42,212 nt of DNA from Mailhella massiliensis (lineage in GTDB: Bacteria > Desulfobacterota > Desulfovibrionia > Desulfovibrionales > Desulfovibrionaceae): contig NZ_DYZA01000200.1 in NCBI RefSeq assembly GCF_020741395.1, positions 1 to 42,212 on the forward strand. The letters are read 5' to 3'. The notes below the pieces were generated by a model. It was not told the origin of the DNA, ran no database searches, and saw nothing but the letters and a program-made list of their open reading frames with translations. The position numbers and the translations under genes were made by a program. Positions 35,560-42,212 of this stretch are shown piece after piece (the stretch's first letter is position 1; every line of letters starts with the position of its first letter).

Positions 35560-36303
35560 TCAGCAGTAATATTCGTTTTCCCGCCTCGCCTTCAGCTTTT
35601 CGGTAAAGGCGGCGGCAAAGGAAAGATAGGCTTCCGTATCCATGTTCTTCGCACCCTTCGGGCAGCGGCGTATGCAGCGGAAGCAGGAGAGGCAGGTGTC
35701 GGCAATGGTCCTGCAGTCTTCCGCTATGGCCTGCACGGGGCAGCGCTTGACGCAAAGGCCGCAGCTCACGCACGCATCGGAGGTCAGCGGGCGGAACTTG
35801 CCCCCGGAGCCGCCTTCGCGGTAGGGCCTGCTGCCCGGGATATCCTTCACTTCCTTTGCCAGAGCAAAGGCGCGTGCTGCGAATTCCCCGTCGGCGGCAA
35901 GGTCGGCCTCGTCGGGCCTGCCCACCTGTATCTCGCCGAAGGTATGGCGGCCCACCAGCGCGGCGGCCCCCACAACCACAAAGCCCTGCTCCTTCGCCAT
36001 GTCGGCAAGCTCCAGAAGTGCGTCGTCATAATGGCGGTTGCCGTACGTCACCGCCACTACGCAGGGAGTCTGTACCCCGCGGAAGCGGGAAAGGCGCTCC
36101 CGGGCCACGGAGGGAATACGCCCGCCGTACACGGGCGCACCGAAAATCACCCTGTCGTTCTCATCAAAAGAAACAGGTTCAGAAGAAGCGTCGGCCGTCA
36201 CGTCCACGGCCTCCGCCTCCGCCCGCAGTCCGCGGGCCATAGCCTTCAGGCTTTTTTCCGTATTTCCCGTGGGGGAAAAGTATACCAGCGTCACTTTGCT
36301 CAT
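35560..36303 (-). CDS. EFR1-family ferredoxin (flavodoxin-like + 2x[4Fe-4S])
   Basis: YFSPTGNT, APVYGGRIP, TYGNRHYDDALLE; CVSCGLCVKRCP and CLSCFRCIRRCP; start moved to ATG 36303. Confidence 0.88.
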   Translation of the reverse strand: MSKVTLVYFSPTGNTEKSLKAMARGLRAEAEAVDVTADASSEPVSFDENDRVIFGAPVYGGRIPSVARERLSRFRGVQTPCVVAVTYGNRHYDDALLELADMAKEQGFVVVGAAALVGRHTFGEIQVGRPDEADLAADGEFAARAFALAKEVKDIPGSRPYREGGSGGKFRPLTSDACVSCGLCVKRCPVQAIAEDCRTIADTCLSCFRCIRRCPKGAKNMDTEAYLSFAAAFTEKLKARRENEYYC

Positions 36304-36539
36304 TACATCTCTCCCGATGTTGTCCGGCTGAAAAAACGCGGCCCGGGCCGCCCCGGCCGCACCCACTTTTTTCAGGATAGCCGACATGCCCCGCCCTTTC
36401 AAGAAGGCCGTCACGCATTTTTCGCTCCGTCCCCTGCCGAAAAGCTGTTCCTCCATGCCCGACCGCCCACAAAATGCATGACATACGGCCCGTTCCGTGC
36501 GAGTCTGCAACGAAGCTCCATGTTTTTCAGGAGGATTCC

Positions 36540-37304
36540 ATGAGCAATGTCATCTGCATCACCGGCGTCACTTCCGGCATAGGCAGGGCCGCCGCCCTCC
36601 TGTTTGCCGCCAGAGGATGGAAAGTGGCAGGCACGGGCAGAAGAAAGGAGCGCCTTGACGAGCTTCATTGTCAGCTCGGGGACGCCTTCCTCCCCCTTGC
36701 CTTTGATATCGGCGACAGAAATGCGGTACTGGAAAACTTTTCCGCCCTTCCCCCGGAATTTGCCGCCATAGACGTGCTTTTCTGCAACGCGGGCATTTCC
36801 CTTGCCGGCAGGCCCGTGCACGAAGCGGACATAGACGACCTTGAAACCATGATAAAGACCAATATGAACGGCGTGCTCTACTGCTGCCGGGCCGTCATTC
36901 CCGGCATGGTCCGGCGCGGGCACGGCCATGTGGTGACCATGGGCTCCTATTCCGCCACCTGGCCGAACCCGGGCACCAACGTCTATGCGGCAAGCAAGGC
37001 CTTTGTCCGGCTGCTCACCTACGACCTCAGGGAAGACCTGGTGGGAACTCCCCTCCGCACAACCTGCATCATCCCCGCCGTCACGCAGACGGAATTCCCC
37101 CTTGCCCGCATGAAAGGCGATACCCGGAAGGCCGAAAAGCATTTTGAGCACCTCGACCCCATCCAGCCTTCCGACGTGGCGGAAACGCTCTGGTGGGCAG
37201 TGAACATGCCCGAGCGGGTCAACGTCAGCGAGATACGGCTCTCCCCCACAAGGCAGACCTACGGCGCGGCGAACATGTACCGCGAGCCCTTTTTCCGCGA
37301 CTGA
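36540..37304 (+). CDS. Short-chain dehydrogenase/reductase (YdfG-like, probably NADP-dependent)
   Basis: TGVTSGIG, GRRKERL, NAG, YAASK; GGAGG RBS before ATG 36540. Confidence 0.9.
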   Translation: MSNVICITGVTSGIGRAAALLFAARGWKVAGTGRRKERLDELHCQLGDAFLPLAFDIGDRNAVLENFSALPPEFAAIDVLFCNAGISLAGRPVHEADIDDLETMIKTNMNGVLYCCRAVIPGMVRRGHGHVVTMGSYSATWPNPGTNVYAASKAFVRLLTYDLREDLVGTPLRTTCIIPAVTQTEFPLARMKGDTRKAEKHFEHLDPIQPSDVAETLWWAVNMPERVNVSEIRLSPTRQTYGAANMYREPFFRD

Positions 37305-37339
37305 AACTCAGGCGGTACGGTGCGGTACAGGCCCCGGCC

Positions 37340-38062
37340 TCAGTCCCGGAAAACGCCCTTTCCGCGCGCTTGCCGTGATGAAAGCGCAGGCAGAAGGATG
37401 CGGTCGACCAGAAGAACAAGAAGAATGTCCATCTGCCAGGCAAGGAGCATGCTCATGACAGTATGAGAAAGGAAATGCTCGCCGCGCATCATCTGATAAA
37501 GGCCCATGATCCAGCCCGCGGCAAGAGCCGCCGCCAGCGCCGCCCGGGCCCGGCGGCCGGAAAGGCAGAAAAAAAGCATGGTGAGCGCAAAGCCGCCGGA
37601 AGCGTGGCCGCCGGGAAAACAACGCCCGCCGGATACCCCGGAAAAAATCATGGAAAGAGGCCGGTAAGGAGCCTGCCCGCCGAATTCTGCAAGCTCCCGC
37701 GGGCAGTAGATGCCGGTAAGCGCCTTAAGTACGGAAACGAGAAGAGGGGTCGCCGCGCAGGAAAGCGCCATGAGAAGCCCGGCCCGCACCCATGCCCTTC
37801 TGCCGGAGAACAGGCCGATGCAGGCAAGAACAGCAGACGATATGCCGATAAGCGCCACGCCCCTTTTCATGCCGTCGTAAAACAGCCAGCGCCACGCCTG
37901 ATGTGCCGAGCTATCCAGCGCCCACACGCCGTGTACTGCATCGTACCAGTGCCGCTGGATGAAAAAATCGATACCGGTACCGCTCTCCATGAGCACCGTC
38001 GACGCCATGAGCGCAAGACACGCGAGACTCTGAATCCATGCTTCCCGGCCGGACAGGGTCAT
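37340..38062 (-). CDS. PAP2-family membrane phosphatase
   Basis: K-x6-CP, FPGGHAS, QMMRGEHFLSH motifs; multiple TMs; ATGA overlap with the kinase stop. Confidence 0.88.
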   Translation of the reverse strand: MTLSGREAWIQSLACLALMASTVLMESGTGIDFFIQRHWYDAVHGVWALDSSAHQAWRWLFYDGMKRGVALIGISSAVLACIGLFSGRRAWVRAGLLMALSCAATPLLVSVLKALTGIYCPRELAEFGGQAPYRPLSMIFSGVSGGRCFPGGHASGGFALTMLFFCLSGRRARAALAAALAAGWIMGLYQMMRGEHFLSHTVMSMLLAWQMDILLVLLVDRILLPALSSRQARGKGVFRD

Positions 38063-39132
38063 ACGCCCTCCGCCCCCTGCTCAAGAGGCAGCTCCATGGA
38101 CACCCTGAGCCCGCCCTCCTTCCGGTTCTCCGCCCATATCCTGCCGCCGTGGGCATGCGCGGCCCGCTCCGCCAGGGAAAGCCCCATGCCTGTGCCGCCG
38201 CTCTCCCTCCGGCGCGAGGCATCCACCCGGAAAAAAGGCCGGAATATCTGCTCAAGGGCATCTTCCGGAACGCCCGGCCCCCGGTCTTCCACTTCCAGAA
38301 GGCAGGTCTCCCGGCCGGAAGTGAGGCGTATGACGATGCTCCCGTCGTCGGGAGTATAGCGCAGCGCGTTGCGGAGCACATTTTCCACGGCATGCCGGAG
38401 CATTTCCGCATCCCCCGCAAAGAACAGGCTCTTCGGCAGGTCTTCCTCCACCAGGCAGCCGCGCACGCTCCCTTCAAAGCGCACATCCTCCGCCACGTCG
38501 CGCACGAGCTCCGCCAGGTCGAAGGAGGCGGAATGCAACCTCGCCTCCATACGGGAATAGGCGAGCATGCTTTCGATGAGCGCCTCCATGCGCTCCGTCT
38601 CCAGGCAGAGCCTGTCGAGCAGCCTGGGAGGGATCTGCTCCCGCCTGAGCAGCTCCACCGTAACGGAAAGGCGCGTGAGCGGAGAACGAAGCTCATGGGA
38701 CACGTCGGCAATGAGCGCCCGTTCCCGCGTCCTTTCCTGTTCCCGCTGCTCGGCCATGCTGTTGAAGGCCCGGGCCAGCAGGCCGAGTTCATCCTTCCTG
38801 TCCGCCATCTCCGGGGAAACGCGCGCCGCAAGATCTCCGCCGGAAAGCCGGTATATCACCGACGTGAAATGCCCGATGATCTTCTTCAGCACGCTGATGA
38901 GCACGGACGCTTCCAGCGCCGCCACAATGAAGGTGAAAAATATCCAGAGCAGCAGCTCCTGCACGGAAGAAAAGGATTCTCCCCCCCTCTGCAGAAGGTC
39001 TCCCGCCACATACTCGCCGAATTCCCCGAGCATGGCGAAAGCACCGATGAACAGCACGACACAAATGTATATCTTGCGGAACAGCGGCAGGGCGTCCCAG
39101 AACGAGGCCAGCCTTTCCCCCGCACCTCTCAT
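38059..39132 (-). CDS. Two-component sensor histidine kinase (CpxA-like kinase core, very short extracytoplasmic loop)
   Basis: Two TMs, HAMP (DELGLLARAFNSM), H-box SHELRSPL, N-box ENVLRNALRY, DRGPG, GTGMGL. Confidence 0.93.
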   Translation of the reverse strand: MRGAGERLASFWDALPLFRKIYICVVLFIGAFAMLGEFGEYVAGDLLQRGGESFSSVQELLLWIFFTFIVAALEASVLISVLKKIIGHFTSVIYRLSGGDLAARVSPEMADRKDELGLLARAFNSMAEQREQERTRERALIADVSHELRSPLTRLSVTVELLRREQIPPRLLDRLCLETERMEALIESMLAYSRMEARLHSASFDLAELVRDVAEDVRFEGSVRGCLVEEDLPKSLFFAGDAEMLRHAVENVLRNALRYTPDDGSIVIRLTSGRETCLLEVEDRGPGVPEDALEQIFRPFFRVDASRRRESGGTGMGLSLAERAAHAHGGRIWAENRKEGGLRVSMELPLEQGAEGV

Positions 39133-39821
39133 GATCTCTGCTCCCCGCGCACCGCATACATGTAACCCACGCCGCGTATGCTGCGTATGCGCTCCGAGCC
39201 GTCGGGATACGACCCGAGCTTGCGGCGCACGCGGCTTATCTGCATGTCCAGCCCTCGCTCCATGGGCATGGGCTCGCGGCCGAACACCGCAAGGCTCAGC
39301 TCATCGCGCGAAAGCACCTTGCCCGGCGAAGCCAAAAGAGCGCGGAGTACGCGGTACTCCTGCCCGCTCAGGGAGATCTCCTCCTCCCCCTTCCAGGCCT
39401 TCATGGCCCCTTCGTCCAGGCGTATGTCGCCCACGCCCTCGCCGGAAGCGGGCTGGGCGCGCCGCATCACCGCCCTCACGCGGGAAAGCAGCTCCCGGGG
39501 ATTGAAGGGCTTCGGCAGATAATCGTCCGCCCCGGCGTCCAGCCCGCGCACTCTGTCGCAGAAATCCCCGCGCGCCGTAAGCATGATGACGGGAAGCCTC
39601 GCAAACTTCGCATCCCGTCGTATGGCCCGGAGCACTTCAAAACCGTTCTTCTCCGGAAGCATGACGTCGAGAATCACCATGTCCGGCTTCTCCTCCCCGA
39701 GGGCGGCGAGGCCCCTCGGCCCGTCGTGGGCGAAACGGCAGGCTATGTTCTCCAAGCGGAAATAATCCTCCAGAAGCTGGCAGAGTTCCTTGTCATCATC
39801 AATAATCAGCATCTGAAACAT
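39129..39821 (-). CDS. OmpR/CpxR-family response regulator
   Basis: IIDDD, LDVMLP, MLTARG, GADDYLPKPF, wHTH ending IRGVGY; GGAGGAG RBS before ATG 39821. Confidence 0.94.
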   Translation of the reverse strand: MFQMLIIDDDKELCQLLEDYFRLENIACRFAHDGPRGLAALGEEKPDMVILDVMLPEKNGFEVLRAIRRDAKFARLPVIMLTARGDFCDRVRGLDAGADDYLPKPFNPRELLSRVRAVMRRAQPASGEGVGDIRLDEGAMKAWKGEEEISLSGQEYRVLRALLASPGKVLSRDELSLAVFGREPMPMERGLDMQISRVRRKLGSYPDGSERIRSIRGVGYMYAVRGEQRS

Positions 39822-39975
39822 GGCTCCTCCCTGCCGGCAGCCATGACATACGCCCTTTTCAGAAAAGATCCTGAACGGATCGCGGCGGTATGCACAACGA
39901 AAAACTTCGGGGCGGCGCCCCCCATTCCTTCCTGTACCATCCCCGGCGCCGGACGGCAACGCGGCAGGACACTCT

Positions 39976-40177
39976 GTTACGCTTCGTTACACAGCTCCCG
40001 AAAAATCTCCGTATAAATTTTTACCATAAAATCATCATCGACGCATAAAATCAGTTACAGTACGTTACACTTATCTTATTATCACGCCTTATCGGAAAAA
40101 TAAGGCGTAAATTTTCTGTCATGACGGTATTATTTTCTGAACATAACGACTTTTTTTATACTGTTACGCTTTGTTAC
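39976..40177. promoter_or_regulatory. Three GTTAC-N5-GTTAC direct-repeat boxes, candidate response-regulator sites
   Basis: Copies at 39976-39990, 40054-40068 and 40163-40177, each followed by AC, in the AT-rich divergent intergenic region. Confidence 0.75.
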
Positions 40178-40248
40178 ACCAAGCATACTTCGCATGATTC
40201 GACTTCTTCATGTATATCTATCCCAAATGCCACTTTTTAGGAGTATCT

Positions 40249-42144
40249 ATGCTTTCCCGCATCAACGCCCGTGCCCGCTACCTCGGCCTGCTGCTTCTTC
40301 TCTGGCTGGTCGTAAACGCCGCCGTCAGAACAGTGCTCCTCGTCATGGCGCACCGCGCACAGGAAGCCTCGTTCTCTCTGCCCGCGCTGGCGGCCCTGTA
40401 TCTGAAAGGCACCGTGAACGACCTGCTTCCCTATGCCCTGCTCATACTCCCCCTTATTCCCTTCCTTCTCCTGAAAAAACACCTCTGGGGCGGAAGAGCG
40501 GGGAAAACCCTGGCCGGCCTGATATTCTGGCTGTATGCCTGCGTCTTTCTCTTCACCGCGGCTGCCGAAGTCCTGTTCTGGGAGGAGTTCGGCAGCCGCT
40601 TCAACTTCATTGCCGTGGACTACCTCATCTATACCACGGAGGTGATAAGAAACATCAGGGAATCCTATCCGATGATTCCCCTGCCCGCCGCCGTGGCCGC
40701 CTTCGCCGCCCTGCTCTCCGTGCCCGCCATGTGCATGCAGTGGAAAAAGGCGGGGCTTCCCGCGCGCCGCTCCCCCCTGCTTCTTGCCGGATGCCTCGCC
40801 ATGGCCTGCACGGCATTTTTCTCTACTCCCCTCTCCTCCCCGGACAGGGTGGAAAGGGAACTTGCCGCCAACGGCGTATGGTCGCTTTTTTCCGCCTACA
40901 GACACAACAGCCTTGCCTACCGCGACTTCTACCCCGTCATGGATGAAGCGAAGGCCGCCCGCCTCGTGCGCGAACCCCTTGCGCAGGAAGAAGCGCGCTT
41001 TGTCGGGCAGGAAAAAGACGTGCGGCGCGACCTCATCTCCACGCGCGCGGCATGGAAACCCAACGTCGTGCAGATCGTGGTGGAGAGCCTCGGCAGCAAC
41101 CTTCTGGGAGAGCATACGCCCAACCTGAACCGTCTTGCGGGGGAAAGCCTCTTCTTTTCCAACCTGCGCGCCACAGGCACGCGCACGGTGCGCGGCATAG
41201 AGGCGCTCACTCTTTCCCTGCCGCCCACGCCCGGCTCCTCCATCGTGCGCCGGCCGGGCTGCGAAGGGCTCTTTTCCACAGGCACCGTGTTCCGAGCTCA
41301 AGGCTACGACACAGCCTTCCTCTACGGAGGCTTCGGCTACTTCGACAACATGAACGCCTTCTTCTCCGGCAACGGCTTCCGCATAGTGAACCGCGCGGCG
41401 CTGAAAAAAGAAGATATCACCTTCACCAACGCCTGGGGCGTATGCGACGAGGACCTTTTCCGCTCATGCCTGCGCGAGGCCGACGAAAACTTCCGGCAGG
41501 GCCGTCCCTTTTACCAGTTCGTGCTCACGACCTCCAATCACCGCCCCTTCACCTACCCCGAAGGCAGGGTACCCATCCCCTCCGGCACGGGCAGGACGGG
41601 AGCCGTGGCCTATACCGACTACGCCCTCGGGGAATTCTTCCGGGAAGCGGCGCAAAGGCCGTGGTTCAAAGACACCGTGTTCGTCCTCTCGGGCGACCAC
41701 ACCTCCAGCGCGGCCGGACATACCGACCTGCCCCCGGAGCGCTACCTTATCCCGGCCCTGATCTACAGTCCGGGGAACATCGCTCCCGGAAACATCGCCA
41801 CCCTGTGCAGCCAGGCCGACCTTGCCCCCACGCTGTTCGACCTGCTGGGATGGAACTACCGCTCGGGCTTTTTCGGCCGCAGCATCCTTTCCCTGCGCCC
41901 GGAGGAGGGCCGGGCCTGGATCAGTACCTATCAAGCTCTGGGCAGACTCGAAGAAGGCGGGCTCGTCACACTGGAGCCGGTAAAGAAAGTTTCCGCAAAC
42001 GTATGGACGAAAGACGGAGGGCTCGGGCGCGAACTTCACGGCGAAGAGGCCTCGGCTCGGGTGGACAGGGCCCTGGCCGACTATCAGCTTGCCTACGACC
42101 TGTTCACGCAGGGAAAAATGAAGGAAGAAGAAGTGCTCCGATGA
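40249..42144 (+). CDS. LTA synthase (LtaS)/MdoB-like membrane sulfatase-fold phosphoglycerol transferase
   Basis: N-terminal TMs with RFNFIAVDYLIY; VVESL, TGTRTVRG (Thr nucleophile), TSNHRP, GDH; AGGAG RBS before ATG 40249. Confidence 0.88.
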   Translation: MLSRINARARYLGLLLLLWLVVNAAVRTVLLVMAHRAQEASFSLPALAALYLKGTVNDLLPYALLILPLIPFLLLKKHLWGGRAGKTLAGLIFWLYACVFLFTAAAEVLFWEEFGSRFNFIAVDYLIYTTEVIRNIRESYPMIPLPAAVAAFAALLSVPAMCMQWKKAGLPARRSPLLLAGCLAMACTAFFSTPLSSPDRVERELAANGVWSLFSAYRHNSLAYRDFYPVMDEAKAARLVREPLAQEEARFVGQEKDVRRDLISTRAAWKPNVVQIVVESLGSNLLGEHTPNLNRLAGESLFFSNLRATGTRTVRGIEALTLSLPPTPGSSIVRRPGCEGLFSTGTVFRAQGYDTAFLYGGFGYFDNMNAFFSGNGFRIVNRAALKKEDITFTNAWGVCDEDLFRSCLREADENFRQGRPFYQFVLTTSNHRPFTYPEGRVPIPSGTGRTGAVAYTDYALGEFFREAAQRPWFKDTVFVLSGDHTSSAAGHTDLPPERYLIPALIYSPGNIAPGNIATLCSQADLAPTLFDLLGWNYRSGFFGRSILSLRPEEGRAWISTYQALGRLEEGGLVTLEPVKKVSANVWTKDGGLGRELHGEEASARVDRALADYQLAYDLFTQGKMKEEEVLR

Positions 42145-42212
42145 GCTTCCCGGGAGCGCGCCTGCGGGGAAGACCGCTCAGCCCGTGCAGCACGCCCCTG
42201 CTTCCGCCTTTT
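42141..42212 (+). CDS. Possible start of a downstream coupled gene, truncated by the window edge
   Basis: ATGA overlap with the upstream stop and an open frame to the window end; too short to identify. Confidence 0.3.
   Translation, partial: MSFPGARLRGRPLSPCSTPLLPPF

Noticed and set aside
1..42212. CRISPR arrays, tRNA/rRNA genes, IS elements
   Set aside because: No regularly spaced repeats, cloverleaf or rRNA signatures, transposase or integrase motifs seen by eye; the hairpins found are explained as terminators or operators.

Overview
High-GC bacterial chromosomal window. Gene content and the Fur-box style point to a gut-type Desulfovibrionaceae (inference). No rRNA, tRNA, CRISPR array or mobile element was seen. 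In order: a polar amino-acid ABC transporter; a glycerophosphodiester/G3P uptake operon (glpQ-like + ugpBAEC); a minus-strand catabolic cluster of unknown substrate (isochorismatase-family amidase, cyclic amidohydrolase, MmgE/PrpD, DASS transporter, ferredoxin-nitroreductase, IclR); DUF554 + D-2-hydroxyacid dehydrogenase + NhaC-family carrier; a periplasmic cyclophilin. Then an iron locus: a ferrosome-type cluster (fezA, fezB P1B-6 ATPase with DYSCA/HNxxT, fezC, extra membrane protein) preceded on the same strand by an uncharacterised MoxR-like AAA+ ATPase / HExxH-metallopeptidase-VWA / hypothetical operon. Both units are driven by near-identical sigma70 promoters, each enclosing a Fur box. 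After that: an OYE-type NADH:flavin oxidoreductase; a biotin locus (bioB, fused bioD-bioA and an SSS symporter, divergent from a C-terminally short birA with an operator between them); an EFR1 ferredoxin; an SDR; and an envelope-modification module (PAP2, two-component system, LtaS-like transferase) with three GTTAC-N5-GTTAC boxes. The best candidate for an undescribed system is the Fur-boxed AAA+/VWA-protease operon coupled to the ferrosome genes.
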